DNA of 64,000 bases from Eledone cirrhosa (GCA_964016885.1 OZ024740.1:237026001-237090000), one strand, 5' to 3'. Numbered from the stretch's first letter, positions 21,623 to 36,964 are shown. Translations and numbers: made by a program. The notes: generated from the letters alone by a model not told the origin.

Positions 21623-23370
21623 CATTGTATGTATGTGTTTCTCCATGTGTGCATATGTATCTGCGTGTTTGGTTCTTGTCTCTTCAAATTCGACATTGCA
21701 GGCAGTGATACTTGTTTATGTTCCCCAGAGATCTCACTGTTCAGTGGTTAGATGTAAGAAGATCCATATCCCACTTGAAAAATAAAAACAAATGAGGGTT
21801 GCCATTGAGAAGGGCATTTCTGCTTCAAAAAGTCTCATCCCCTATGCTAACAGATATAAAATTGTAAAACTGATGATAATAAATTCTCATGCTGAAGGGA
21901 AAATCTGACCTTTGTTAGCTAGGATAGTAATAGCAACAGATATATTTCAGTTTTACTGAACATACTTGATAAATAAACATACTTTTACATATAGAAAAAA
22001 AGGCTAAGAATAATTTTTGGCAAGTGGTAATTTGTATAATGAAAAATAAATAAATTGAACTGAAAGGAAATATTTCAAATATACCAATTGAGATAAATAT
22101 GTATGAATATACTAAATGGTGTATTTAAAAAAAAATCTTAATGAATTGAACTTTTTCTCTTAGTTATAAAAACTAATCGGTATTTGTTAACAAATCACAA
22201 AGAAAAGTAGAGATAGTTTCAATAAGTTAATTGAAAAAGAAATTGTCATCTTCAATATTCTATAAATGAAAATACTTCTTACATTAATTTTAAATGTTGG
22301 CACTCCTCAATGCCTCCCTGTTCTTTGTTGGCTTGTAACTAAGTTTATATAAAATACACTTGAATCTCTTCTATTTAATCTTTTTGGAGTTTCATTATCC
22401 AGAAAATTTCACTGCTCTAATACTTGCTGCCCAAATACAATTCAACTCTACCAATAAAATTAGTCAGGTGTTGCTGATTGTGGTGGTGTTAAACCATGTA
22501 GAAAATTAGACCTACCATTTACATCTAGTCTAATTTACAATGAAGATTAAAACTCAAAATTTACAGCTGCTGTAAATACAGTGCTGCAAGAAAATAAAAA
22601 ACGTAGTTTACTTGGTTATCTAGTAAACAATATTAAAATAAATCTCAACTGTTGTCGTTTTCATATTTATCTCTAAAACATTAACATTTTAAACAAAACA
22701 TTCAAATTTTCTATTTAATGCAAAGTATGGATAAATGAGATTGGTGCTAGGAAGGGCATCCAGCTGTAGAAATCAAGTCAAAATCAATTCTGTATGAGCA
22801 AGACATGGACATCGCCCACAATAGGACAACCCATCTAACTCATGTTAGAATGGAAGAATGGACATAAAACAGTGATGATAATGATGATATGAAGAATGCC
22901 AATTCATGACAAATTCAACAATGAGCTTATCCCTGGGAGCTTAGAATTAACAAATGATAGAAACAAAATTTAGAATTTAGAATTAAATAGACGACAGGAA
23001 CAAAATTTCACTATTTTCAAAGTTTGTTCAGGCAATACGAGATCAACATCATAGTGTGATTGTTCTAAAAAGATATAGGTTACAAGAGATGTCATTTGAA
23101 TCATTTATTCCCTTGCGATCACAAACAAATTAGTCTGTAATTCATACATCCACATCTCTACTGAATGTTGGCTGCAAAATTATAGCTTGTTCACCAAAGG
23201 TGCAATTATAGTTTTTTCACAAAAGAAATTAAACTCAACTAAATATTCCAAGTGGAATCCATCTACTGAGCACCAAGGGACACTAAAAAATGATTAGATA
23301 TGTTTTCATATTTATTGAAATTTCATGTTAACTTGCACATTTTTCAAATTAATACCTTTGAATTGACATC

Positions 23371-23578
23371 TTAACCCTTTAGCATTTACATTACTCTATA
23401 TATACTATTGTATTTTTGTGGTAAAGGCTTTATCTTACATAATTATTTCATAATATCGAATCTATGAGATTTTGATGCTATTTATTTTGAGAACAATACC
23501 TTAACGTCAGCCGGTTTGAACAGAAAGAGGTGAGGGAGTTCTGGCTGGATATGGCTGGTTTAAATGCTAAAGAGTTAA
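23371..23578. mobile_element. piggyBac-type MITE
   Basis: TIRs TTAACCCTTTAGCATTTA / TAAATGCTAAAGAGTTAA with TTAA ends. Confidence 0.8.
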
Positions 23579-23974
23579 TATAGTATGCAGCATTTCTATT
23601 GAGTATCTTCCTATGTATACTAATACAGAATCATATGATAAACAATCTTTAATAACAAGAAATGAAGTTAACATCACTGATGAATTTATTATTAAAATAT
23701 ACCTAGTAAATTTACCTACATGACAGCCTACAGAATGTACTTAGATGGAGAGAACAACCTAATGAATGACAATGTGAATTATTCCTTCACACAACATTTT
23801 TGGATACACTGAAATGTAGGATATATCTCTTTGAAATAAACATAAAAAATTAACCTCACTGTGAAAAATAAACAACATGGTTCCTCTACTTGTTTTATGT
23901 TTTCCTGTGTAGAAAAATATTTCTAATCTTATTAGCGCTTTATCAGAGAAAAATAAATAATCTTCTATGCACTA

Positions 23975-26900
23975 TCTTCTATCCCCACATATTCCTGGGG
24001 GCAGAATCCTCAGGCATGCCTTCCAGCAGGTCCTGTCAGAAGCAACCATCTCCAGATGGTTTTACTCATAAAATCTGTCCAGCAATTCTTTCCTGAAACA
24101 TTCTAACCATATGTCTATAGTATTAGAGCTGTGATCTCTCAATTCTGAGAAGTAACAGTTCTACATGAAGTGACGACCTGATCTCCAAGTTACACACTAT
24201 ATCAAGTAACATTACTCCACAGACCCTTCATAGAACCCGATTTTGGCTGCTTGTATTCGCAATTGTATTTTTTCGATCATTACAAGATTCATGACTATTG
24301 GTAAGGGTTGGCACAAATATCAAATTAAAGATAGTGAGTTTGGTTTTTACACCTATCTTTGGTCTTTGAGTGATCTAATGCTGAAACTGGTGCATTACTG
24401 CACCAGCTCCTGCAATTTTTGCACTTAATTCAGCCTCCTGCCTGCCATCACTCAAACACAGCACCGAGATACTTGAACTTCTCCATCTGCTTCAATGGAA
24501 CTCCACTCATATGTAGAGTGCAGTGCACTGGCTTGATTGGGAGGACGAGTGTCTCAGTCTTTGTAGCCCTGATTTTCATTCCTGCAGCAAATCTATCAAG
24601 TGCATATTGATTGAAGATCACCTTCCAACAAGTTAAGTAGGACCATATCTGCAAATTTCAGCCAAATGATACTACACCCACCAGTCTTGATACCACTTCC
24701 AACCTGGCTGCTCATGACTTCCAACCTGGCTGCTCAATCCTGTTCATGAAAATTATGAACAATTATGCAAACTTAGTGGAATCCGACAACTACATTGAAT
24801 GGTTTCAACAGCCCCATTTTTTCTAAACACAAATACTAGAGCATTTCTATAGGGACATCAAGGCAACAATAAGCTGTCCATCGATCCCATACTCCTGCAA
24901 AACCTTCCTTAACATGCAGTCATATGCCTTCTTGAGGTTCACAAAAGAAACATACAGTGCTTGGCAATATTCCCATGATATCTCGAAAACCTACCACAGT
25001 GTGAATATTTTGTTGGTTGTGCTGCCTCCAGGGGAAAATCTACACTATCAGCTAGCTTGGATTTGACAATATCCTTATATCTTTGCCAGACACTTTATTG
25101 AGGAGGCTTAAAGAAACCCCTCTATAATTAGAGCAATCATTCTTGCCTCCCTTTTTGAAAATTGGGATTATTACTCACAATTCTTATTGCTTAGGTGCCT
25201 TTCCAGAAATCCAGGCCACCCAGCACGCATGAGTCAGCTAAAGAATACCTTCTCTATTTAAGGCTTTGAACATCTCAGGCAGAATTTCATCCTCCCAAGA
25301 GGCCTTGCCACATTTGAGCTCTTTAAATGCTCTGGTGACCTCATCCTCCAAGAGATTATTCATCACCCCCAAATGCACTTCATGTACATCAGATGCTGTT
25401 GTTGTGACCGGTTTTAGAAGAGCAGCAAAGTATTCTTCCCACCTCACAAAGATGCACCTCTCTGAAGAGAGAAGAGCCCCATAAGCGTCCCTGAGAGAAG
25501 GCATGGAGGGGTACTTCTTATTACGAAGTTGGTAGATGATCTGCCAGAATATTTAATTTGCTGAAGTCAGAGTTCAGCTTAACCATAAAGTTTTCCCCAT
25601 GTCTTAACTTTGGATGCAGCAGAAACAGTAAAGACTGTTTCTGCTGCAACTTTTCACACCTGCTTATACTGCAAGTGCAGGACTTATTTCCAAACCAAGC
25701 TTTGTAAGCCTCCCTCTTTGCTTGGATAACATCTTTAACCCCTTGATTTAACCAAGTGGTCTTCTTGCCATCCGATACCTGCAGCATTTAATAGCTGAAG
25801 TAGAAATTGCCAAGCTGAACTGTGTCCACTCTATTTCAGCATCCTCAGTTTACTCAGAGAGTTCTTTGAATCTGGATGCAATAGTATCCACATACCTAAT
25901 CTTGACTTCATCATCATCATCAATTCATTTTACGTCCACTTTTTCCCTGCTTGCAAGGGTGGGACAGGAACTGATTCTGGCTTGATTTCTACAGTTGGAT
26001 GCCCTTCCTAACACCAACCTCATTTACAGTGAGTGCTGGGTGCTTTCTTGCCATGTCACCTCCACGACCACTTTGCAGTGGAATGATATGAACCCCAGTC
26101 CCTATCATCTCATTTCTACAGCTGAGTAAACTGGAGCAATGTGAAATAAAGTGTCTTGCTCAAGGAAACAACACATCACCCGGTCTGAGAATTGAACTCA
26201 CAACCTTTTGATTGCAAGGCCAATGCTCTAACCACTAAGCCATGCGCCTCCTCATGAGCTAATGCTTCTCACTTTATCCAGTGGGTTGAGCTCGACCAGC
26301 CAGTTTTGTAGGTTTTCTTGGTTTTAGATATTTTTAAGTTACAGATAACTAGATGGTGATCAGTTGACAGCTCAGCCTCTCTCTTAACATGAACATTGAT
26401 ACAGAATCAAAGAGATCAGTGACAATAACAAAATCAATTATTGATTTCTGTCCTTCATTTCGCTTATACCGTGTATTTATGGATGTCTTTGTGCTAGAAG
26501 GTGTTCATAATAGAGAGCACATTACTAGAACAGACCGCTGATAAGGCCTCTCTATTTGTATTTAGAAAGGGATTGTTGTTCCTTCCAGTCACTCCTTTCC
26601 ATATCATGTGATCAATACCAACAGGGGTCTTAACTACATCTAATGCTGCAGTGACTTCATCAAGGAAAGATCTGTATTCAAATTCTATTTGGTGCATAAA
26701 CTTGCATCACCCAGAGAGACCTTTCTTTTAGCCCAAACTTCAAGAGGCAAATCCTCCTTCAAATGGGATCCAGTGCATAACACATTCCGACAGCTAGGAA
26801 CTTGTGAGTATCCCCACTCCCGCATGTGCAGTCATTTCTGGCACCACACCTGAATAGAGTAGTTTTCATTCTCCATCCAAATCTACAGTACCAGAGCCAC

Positions 26901-27270
26901 AGAATTTTGTTGAGGAAACGCTGAATTTATCTAGTCAGTAGCATCTGGCCTCCTTCACTAGTTCCACTTCCTTACCTGTAAGGGTTTTGATTGATGTTCT
27001 TGTTGTCAATTGTTAAGGTTTGCTCCCTTCTGGACCATCTATGGGGGTCTTGGGATACTCAATCTTTGTGTGTCCATTCAATGCCTTCCAGAACAAGTCA
27101 CAGCATTGAATGGAGATTGGAATATATTTTTAGAACAGGCCACTCTAAACCTGAACATGTCCCTTGTTACCTTGTGAGAAGGATGATACAGTATGAATGC
27201 TTTCATTGCATTTAACCATATTGCAGTGGCTTGGTGGTCATATTTGCACCAGTCACCAATTTGATAATTT
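23975..27270 (-). mobile_element. Near full-length decayed RTE-clade LINE of a different family (no PHD)
   Basis: EN motifs (LTGKEVELV, AGVGILTS, IMNTF), GKA..DEI.PEM.KAL, SFVNLKKAYD, GMKI..TKTE and EKFKYLG. It is interrupted by SINE B. Confidence 0.8.
25908..26251 (-). mobile_element. SINE family B
   Basis: Nearly identical reverse complement of 6769-7104. Confidence 0.9.
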
Positions 27271-27621
27271 TCTTAAACCACAAAGACTAGGCTTTTTTAG
27301 AGGTATCTTTTACTCATCTCGTCATAGCTACATCACTGGGTTGTAAGAGTTTTCTATACAATATGAATGACTAAATCAACATTGCCAATGCATGCACTGC
27401 TATGCAAAGGTTTGGCAATGTTAATTAAGTCAAAACAACTATAAGTATACTAATATTTGCATGGACAGAAGAAAGATATTCTTTACTCGATGAAGATGAT
27501 GATGGTTCAACACAACTAGAAACTGACCAGATTGATCCCATTTTTTCAGTACTTTGAGAAATAGAACCTGAAGGTGTAACTACTTTATTTACTTTTCATA
27601 GAGTGGCTAACATTTTGTTTA

Positions 27622-27850
27622 TTAACCCTTTAGCATTTAAACTGGCCATATCCAGCCAGAATTCTCTCACCTCTTTCTGTTCAAACCCACTGTAACTGGC
27701 CACTCATACTGACGTTAAGGCATTGTTCTCAAAATAAATAACATCAAAATCTCGTAGATTTGATATTATGTGAGATAATTATGTAAGATAAAGCCTTTAC
27801 TACAAAAATACAATAGTATATATAGAGTAATGTAAATGCTAAAGGGTTAA
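27622..27850. mobile_element. piggyBac-type MITE, same family as 23371, opposite orientation
   Basis: TTAACCCTTTAGCATTTA..TAAATGCTAAAGGGTTAA. The interior is the reverse complement of the 23371 copy. Confidence 0.85.
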
Positions 27851-27917
27851 AGAAAGATATCTTCAATTTCAAAGTATCCTTAAATGTTGTATACTGAACT
27901 ATGAATTAATGAATATA

Positions 27918-27968
<51 letters not shown>

Positions 27969-28044
27969 TCAACATCATTGTCATCACACACGCATTATAT
28001 ATGTATTGGATGTAACTATAGAGATATATGTATGAATAAACATT

Positions 28045-28345
28045 TCAATGTAAAGTTATGTTGGTGCCACAACATCCAGGCCGAAACAAATGAGATCGTG
28101 TAGGTGTCACAACAAAAAACACACAGTCCACGTTGTAATCTGGCCGTGTAGGCAACACGGTAAAAACCTCCCAGTCCCACACTGTAAATGTGGTTGGTGT
28201 TAGGAAGGGCATCCAGCTGTAGAAAACCCGCCAGGCAGTCCTATGCAAGCAAGACAACCACTCTTGCCTCAAGTGGGAAAACTCCCGTCCAAACCCATGC
28301 AAGCGTGGAACATGGACGTTAAACGATGATGATGATGATGATGAT
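28045..28345 (+). mobile_element. RTE-derived 3' module, same subfamily as the 3' UTR of the LINE at 61842
   Basis: Matches the reverse complement of 61842-62157 and has an (ATG)n tail. Confidence 0.8.
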
Positions 28346-28707
28346 GTATCCATACATATATATGTAAATACATACTTGTGTATAAGACACCTTTTCCACT
28401 GAAAAAAACAAAATCTGAGACCAAGCATCTGACTTACAAAACCTAATAATATGTAGTCAAGCATTATCTTGTATATAAAATGGCTGAGGGACTTATACAC
28501 AAGTATACACAGCATGTGTGTGTGTATCTATTATCTATATATATATAAATATATAGTTACAATGTGCTTATAAATCAAAATTAAAAGTTCAAAGTATTCT
28601 ATCACTGACAATTGTTTTTTTCCCATAGTAATATACTACAGACAGCAAATTATTTTATTTACAATACACCTAGTAAATGAGTAAAATTTACTCTTGTTAA
28701 TATTACT

Positions 28708-29167
<460 letters not shown>

Positions 29168-29239
29168 GGAGAGAGAGAGGGGAGGAGAAGAGAGTGTGAG
29201 TGAATGTGATACACACAAACAATCATTATTCATATAATC

Positions 29240-29412
29240 GGTGATTGGCAGTATCGGTAGAGGGTCGGACGCCATGCTTTCCAGCATAGTTACGTCCCTT
29301 TACGATCTGAGTTCAAATCCCGCCGAGGTTGACTTTGCCTTTCATCCTTACGGGGTCGATAAAATAAAGTACCAGTAATGAATTGCTGGCCTTGTGCCTA
29401 AAGTAGAAACAA
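29240..29412 (+). mobile_element. SINE family A with 16-bp TSD
   Basis: ATTATTCATATAATCG on both flanks. Confidence 0.9.
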
Positions 29413-29984
29413 TTATTCATATAATCGACAGTTTACTTGAATTTATTTTTCTACATTTTAATATGTTTTGTGAGTTTTTTTTTCATTTGACTTTGACAGA
29501 GAAATATTATTGAAAGTAGTAGAAGATGAAGATGAAGATATTTTATGGCAGATATCATAGGAATCCAGCTATTTTAAGAGAAAATGTTTAGAATTGAGTT
29601 TAGATGTGAGAAAATGTAATGGTAGTTACTACATATGGTAAATTTGAATAAAAATGGATCAGGAAGGATTTGTTGGATATGTATTTTTGTATATTTAACA
29701 TAGACAAAATATAGAGTAGAACTGAAGTGAGAGAGTAGCTGGTTATTGAAGGTATCACTTAATGTATGAAGCATGTGTTAGAAGTGTATCCTCCGTGACT
29801 AAGAGATATAGACATTAAATGCAAATAATGGGGTTAGAGAGAAATGAAATTGTATGATCTGTTAGATAAGTAATGTTAACCTACATGAAAGGAAGAGTAC
29901 ATATGAAATGTGAGGGTGACTGTATATTAAAGATATCATTCAATGTTTTCTGGAGAAATTACTGTGATGGTTATGAGTCTATGA

Positions 29985-30170
29985 GGAGCCTCTACATGGT
30001 CACTTGGCCTGCTAAAAATAGCAACCAAATTTCTCTCAAATCACATCTATTTTATAAAAGGAAAGACATAGGATAACAGTGATTATGTATGCCCGAAAAG
30101 ACAGAATGGATAATGCAGAGACACCTTTGATCCTAGGTTTTCTCAAAGCTGACCTATGGTTAAACCACAC
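29985..30170. repeat. Old interspersed repeat family (unclassified)
   Basis: The motif AAATAGCA.CCAAAT.TC.CTCAAATCACA recurs near 19400, 35090 (-), 39520 (-) and 50150. Confidence 0.45.
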
Positions 30171-30799
30171 CTGAGATGATATGGACATTTATTATATATG
30201 AATGATGAATGAAAAGGTGTCATGTGCTGATAGTGGAAAGTATCTAGTATGGAAGAAAACTGAGAAAGATGTGTAGAAAAGTGATGAAAACCTGATCTCA
30301 AGGTGCTGAGTGAGGCTCATAGGAAAGATTCAGTTATGATTTTCAGAATTACATACTTATCCGACCCATAGCAGCATGGATAAACAGGCATTAAAAGAAG
30401 AGAGAGGAAAATTAACAGAAGTTATTGTCATGAATGTGAAAACAGCTATGTCCAAATACCAAGTCTTCAGCTACTCAACAGTACTAATAATAATAATAAT
30501 TCTCCTGTATAACTCCGACAGGTGCAAAATATATACGGCCTACATTCACAATGTACTTACATCAGGAATAATTAAAATTTATAGAAATGATACCAAAATG
30601 TATAGTGGTAGTTTCCAAAGAAAATGAAAGATATATCTATGTTCTATTGCTACCATAGTTATGTCTAAAACAAGACTAACTTTGGTAATTTTTCATGACT
30701 GTTTAATAGTAAAGTAGAATTATGGATGAAATTATGTAAATTCATCTGAATTCCTGGTGACGAAAGCTGACTATTTTAAAGCCATTACACAAATGATTA

Positions 30800-31560
30800 T
30801 AAGATAACATCCAGTACTTCTTTAAGAAGGTCAGTTAAGTTAGAACAAGAAAGTGATATTGTAATGTTTCAGCAACCAACATCATAGAATTTGTATACAG
30901 CAGGGGCACAGAGTTTGTTGGTAGTAATGAGTGCCAATGAAATATACTTTTACCAGTCTGAGAAAGGCTCTATAAAAGTAGCTTATAGCTTCCATTTCTT
31001 AGGTGTCCTACTTAGTAGAAGCAGTTGCTCTGAAAGCATAGTAACTAGAATAAAAATAGAGTGGAAAAAGTTCAAAGAGCTACAACCTCTGTTGGCAACA
31101 AAGGAATTCTCTCTCTGAGTGATGAGTAGATTGTATGATACTTGGGTGAGAAGTGCAATGCTGTATGGAAGTGAGACAGAAATTGAATACAGAAAATAAA
31201 TGAAGGCTGGAGAGAAATGAATCGAGCATGTTCTGTTGAATGTGTAATAATGTTCATGAATGAAGTATGGATGAGCTGAAAGAAAAAAACTGAGCATAAG
31301 AGGAATCAAATGTATTCAGAAGAGATGATTGGGCTAGTATGGACATGTAATGTACATGGATGATGATTATTGGGTAAAATATCATGTGTTTGAAGCGAAA
31401 AGAAGCCATGAAAGAAGAAGACCAAGACAGACATGGGCAGAGGTGGTGGAAGCTGACCTCAAGAAACTACACCTTATAAAGGATATGATAAAAGAAACAA
31501 GTGAAGTGGCATTGACATCTAACCCATGCAAGCATAGAAAAGCAAACATATGATGATGGT
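30800..31560 (+). mobile_element. Decayed RTE 3' half
   Basis: SFHFLG..CSESIVTRIK.EWKKFKEL.PLLATK and RRRPRQTWAEVVEADLKKL, with an ATG tail. Confidence 0.8.
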
Positions 31561-32253
31561 ATTGATTTTTAACTTTGGCACACAGTAACTAACTGTATAG
31601 AATAAGCACAGCTGATATTAATCAAATCAACCCCTACTATTCAATTGATACTTATTTCATCAACCCAAAAGAATAAAAGGCAAAAATCAAGTGTAGCAAG
31701 ATTTGAACTCAGAATGACAACGTATTTAACCTAGTACTTTACCATTTTTACTATAAACATAAATATTTTAACTATACACACTATTGTTATCATCATCATC
31801 ATCATTATCATCGTTTAACGTCCATATTCCACGCTTGCATGGGTTATATATATATATATCCCAGTTTTTAGAATAGGTCCATTGTATCCTTGACATAAGA
31901 GATGACTAAAAAAGTTGGCAGAAAGAAGGGCATTCAGCTGTAAAACATTACTTTTAAATGTCACTTCCAACCGAAGCTAGCATAAAAGAGTGAACATGAA
32001 AGTGGTGATGATTTCAGCCTTAAAAACTACCTCCAACTCCACCACTAAATCATTATCATCGTTTAAAGTCCATCTTCCACGCTGTTCCATTTAGAGATAA
32101 GTTGGGTTGAGTGACAGTGTCTTGCTCATATAGGACTGTTTCTGGCTGGTTTTCTACAGCTAGGTGCCCTTCCTAGCGCGAACCATATTTACAGCGTGTG
32201 CTGGATGCTTTTTGCCATGTCTTTTACACGATCATATACACACACACACACAT

Positions 32254-32321
<68 letters not shown>

Positions 32322-32893
32322 TTCAAAATGTGAACATCCATCTATTCTACACACGGAAACAGTCCTATATAATTAACATATCAGGATAGTATATTAATTA
32401 TCTTAAAATTAAGCATCACACACATCATTTTCTAAACAATGGCTTCATTTAGACAAATGAGCAGTTAGAAGTGATATGTATTATTACAGGCTTCCTTCCA
32501 AATAGTAACTCTCTGGAAAAATAAGAATGAAAAGTAGAAAAGTGAAGCTGGTTGAAAGATGAAAATAAATAAACAGCAATGTTTACCTCCTGTAAAATAA
32601 CAGTGTTTCACAGGAGGTAGTGGAGAGGAGAGGAAAAGCTAAGAGAAAGATAATTGATTGTGTAAGAAAAAGAGCAATATTTAGTTTGATTGAAGTTCCA
32701 TGCATATATATTGTATTGAACTTTACAATAATAACTAACCACACTTTAACAATAGTTACACAGATAAAACATTTTCAACAGCTTTTTTTTTTCTATCAAA
32801 CTCTCTCTCTCTCTCTGACACACACACAGAGGAAATATCAATCATTTCAGTCGAAGTTTGTATACTGTGTTTATTTGCATTGATAGAAAAATC

Positions 32894-32929
<36 letters not shown>

Positions 32930-33451
32930 GCTAGAAAACAGTAAAAAATTAAAATGCATATAAAATACCAGCTGTGATGCAAAACTAAATGTTGATAAAG
33001 AAATCCAGAAAATATGAAGATAAAAAGTTCCCTTTCAATATATAATATATATTTTTGATTTTTAAGCAGGAAAGATGTGATAAAAAATGCATTGAGGGGG
33101 TAAGAAGGAAATCAAAAATAAAATACAACAAGATAAGCATAGCATATTACTTTGAATCTTTGAGGGCGGAAAATCCTTCTCTTAAACAAAGGATATTTGA
33201 AAAAATTATTTCTGTATTACTGTAAATAACTTGCATGTATTGAAAAAAAGAAAAAGGATGGTAAATATGTTTCATTCTGCATTATTTTTACACTATTTTT
33301 TAATAGCTGGTTTTATGTATCAGAGGTAAAAAAAAATATCAACATATATTGATTTGTTTTCATTACAGTTGTATCAAATTTTGTATTATATCTAAAATGA
33401 GCACACTTGTCTTTTGTTTCTTTCTTTCATTTTCCTGTTACTCTCTTCAAG

Positions 33452-33568
33452 AATTCCCTAATTCACTATCATTTACCGTGTGTACACTAATCATGTCTAT
33501 TCAAATATGTGAAACATCACATTATACTTCCTCCGGGCTACTCTTGAAATATAGTTCATAAAACCAGG
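33452..33568 (+). other. Possible non-coding exon
   Basis: A long polypyrimidine tract ending AAG lies upstream and a consensus donor CAG|GTAAGT downstream. All three frames contain stops. Confidence 0.25.
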
Positions 33569-35219
33569 TAAGTCATTTCTTCATAAATAAATATCTTAAG
33601 TGACATCAATATATTCAATTTGACAACCATGTTGAATAGGAAGTCTCCATTTTAGTGGTTCCTTGAGAAGTTTCCATTGGAAATCAACATTTGTATTGAT
33701 GAGAGATACATTTCCATTCCAGAGTATGAACAAGTCATTTTGATAAGTACATTTCAATAAACATAGCATGAAATTTCTACAGAAACACTGAACGATATTT
33801 GGTGGAAATAACAAACTAAACTAAAATAGGAGAAAGCGTGGGTTGTGTGACATTTAAAATTACTAAATAAAATTTGTTTGAATAAAAGCATTATTAAGAC
33901 TGACCTTAGATACTTTTTATAGTGTTTAGTTACAAATGCATGCACATAACATATAACATACACAAATTGAGGTGGGGGGTACTAGTGTTTGGGGAAACTA
34001 GTGACAGTTTGCATCAACAAAGAAAAATGTTTATAATTGATTTTTGAGTTTTAAAAAGAGATGAAATATGACCAAGTCAAGTAATCACATATTTTATTGA
34101 TACTTAGCACAGAGTCAGTACTAATCATCCAGTAGTATGATCAATGGCATTTCAGCTGTGATCAGTTCATCTTTTTGTATTATCATCATCACCGTTTTAC
34201 ATCAATGTTTCCATGCTAGCAAGGGTTAGATGGGTTGTCCTGTTGTGGGCAATGCCAGGTCAGGTGACCATGTCTTACTCATACAGGACTGATTTTGGCT
34301 AGGTTTCTACAGCTGGATGCCCTTCCTAACACCAACCTCATTTACAGTGTGGACTGGGTGCTTTTTGTCGTAACACCTATACAATCGCTTTACGGTGGGA
34401 GAGGTGGGGGGGCATATTGTATATTTGTATATCCACGACTATCCAATATGAACTTTTTTTTTTAGGTAATAGGCAGGTCAAATGACTATATAGAATATAC
34501 AGAAGCCCTCTCCCTCTCTCTCAGCAGTAATAAATAACATACATGTCTATCTGTGAGGGTTAAAGACATTACTGCAAAGCTGAAAATGTTCTACATCAAA
34601 TATTTTTCAATAAATAAATTTCATGAATTTATAAATTTTAACATGTTTATTAGTGATTAATTTTCTCTAATCCTAAGAATTATTCTTGAATTCTAAATAT
34701 ACTTTTGAATTTAAATGGTTCAGCTGATAGTCATGCAATTTGATTCTTGTAATAAAAAGATTGATTGCATTTTTAATACTTTTTCATTGGTAAAACTGAA
34801 ATAATGAAAATATATCCGAAACAGTTTTCAATTAACATTTAAGACTGATATAATTGAAAGTGTTTCAGTTAATGTTTACACTAATTCTTTTTAATTGCTT
34901 GCATATTACATTTATATGCCATAACACGCTGCATCTTACATTTATATCTGCTAAAACACATAACATCTTACATTCATATCTGCTATAATATGTTATTGTT
35001 ATTGTTTTAGCTCTGACCATCCAGCCTTCGGGAAGGCCTTGTGTATTTGAGGTTACATTATTGATCGTGTCTGTCCTTTTTAATATGGGTGTAGTTTCAG
35101 GAAGATTTGGCTGCTTTATCTAGTAGGTTAATTGAGGCTCCTTCATTGGCAAACAAATATCACAATTTTCATGAAATAAAGAAGAATTTTAGAATATGGA
35201 AAGATGCATGATAGTAATC

Positions 35220-35410
35220 ACTAAACTAGAAAAGACTTTCAAATGGTTAAGAGAATAAACAAAACTACAAGACATCAAAAACTATATTCAAAAAAGAAAA
35301 TTTAAGTGGGCAGAGTATGTAGCATGAGCAATAAATTTATGGGTGTTACATGGAGGAGAGCAGCATAGGATGGGAACAATTAGCACTGGCTTGGGGATGT
35401 GTTAGCCTTG
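35220..35410 (+). mobile_element. Highly decayed LINE 3' fragment
   Basis: KWLRE*TKLQDIK..KRKFKWAEYVA resembles an RT C-terminal KW.WAGHVAR motif. Confidence 0.45.
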
Positions 35411-35794
35411 CAGTGGGGAGATAATGACTGAGAAGGATAACATAAGTGTGAATGATTTTTTTTATTGAAACTGGTGATAAATTCTGTCAAATTAAATAGA
35501 CTGAGATACAATGTCTAATACAGGATTTGGCCTATAGCATGTACCTTTAATTACTCAGTCAATAAGTGTCTTAGAAACATGCCTCATATCAGATGTTTTA
35601 ATTTGCAGTATTTCTACAAGTCAATAAACAACAATTGGAATGTTGTAGGATAATTGCAGTAAACATATAAAAATGACATATAGTAACAAATAGGAAGGGA
35701 AAATACTACAGAATGATTTCTCTCATTATAAAACAAACATATACAATAGGAAAGGAGAACTCAAAGATTCATGTGATTATAAAAACATAACAAT

Positions 35795-36005
35795 AATAGT
35801 TTCTAACTTAGGCACAAGGCCAGTAATTTTGAAGGAGGGGGAAGTCTATTATATTAACCCCTGTACTTGACTAGTACTTTATTTTAGCAACTCTGGAGGG
35901 ATGAAATGCAAAGTTGACCTTGGCAGGATTTGAACTTAAAACAAAGAACCAGAAGAAATATTTCAAAGCATTTCTTTCTAAACCCCTAATGATTCTGCCA
36001 ATTCA
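35795..36005 (-). mobile_element. Older SINE A subfamily with extra internal segment
   Basis: Consensus A plus a TTTTG..GGAGGGGGAAGTC insert. The same subfamily occurs at 36965-37180 (+) and 38990-39205 (-). Confidence 0.75.
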
Positions 36006-36964
36006 TGATAATGATAAAAATAACTATAACTAGAGAATTAATATGACAGGTTATGGATAAATATGTATAAACTTTAACATGGTTGGTGTTAGGAAGGACA
36101 TCCAGCTGTAAGAACCAAAGTACAGATCCATATGAGCATGATGTGGTCTCTGGACCTGACTTGTCTCATAACGTGACAACCCATCTAACCAATGCAAGCA
36201 TGGAAAATAGACGTTAAATGATGATGAGGAAATAATATCTTTATGTATACTAAACATATAGTCAGGCTGTAAAAGTGAACCTCAGGGTTAGACTATAGAA
36301 CTTTCAGTGGCTAAGAATAAGGATTGAACCAACTATTTTCATCTTTACTTGAGTCATCAAATATTGCTTGCAAACTGCTAAAAAAAAAAAAAAAGCAACA
36401 CAAAACTATTTATAAAAATGTGAACAAGATTATGACAGGCATAATGAAAATTGCCACAGAAATATTCCTGACCTTATGAAACAAACATACAGTAATTTTG
36501 ATTAATTAAAATTTCAAGGTTGTTTCCACTTGTCTTTCTTTAACTAGAATTAATCTTTTAGATAATGATTGTTCTCATCCTTAAGGGTGTAATAATTGAA
36601 ATTTGTTGACTTACTACATCAAGTATACTACAGCCCACTTTGCTATTAAGTTTTTATGAAATTGATATTGCTAGATATTTTTTCACATACATTTTTTTCA
36701 AATTTTTGATGACACTGTTCATTCACAAAATATACTTCTCTTATCATTTAAGAACTGCATTAACAATTAGACTATACTTTGCTGAAGAGGTCCACTAACA
36801 CTGATACATGTCTAGAATTCTCTCCAAACTGCTAAAGCTCAGACATATTTCCCACTGCATTCCATTATTTAATTAATTTCAGTTAGGATTTTAAGACTAT
36901 CGCCCCATATTTAGAAAATAAGTGTTCTCATCACTTAGGGTGTAATATTAATTAATCAAAAAGA

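Noticed and set aside
27496-27523. Hammerhead-like ATGATGA-TGGTT..AACTA-GAAAC
   Set aside because: C3 is missing and there is no stem I, so it is too weak to call alone.
29500-29560. Possible coding exon EILLKVVEDEDEDILWQIS* (similar candidates near 40327 and 47543)
   Set aside because: Acceptor-like context only, with no recognisable protein similarity or consistent gene structure.
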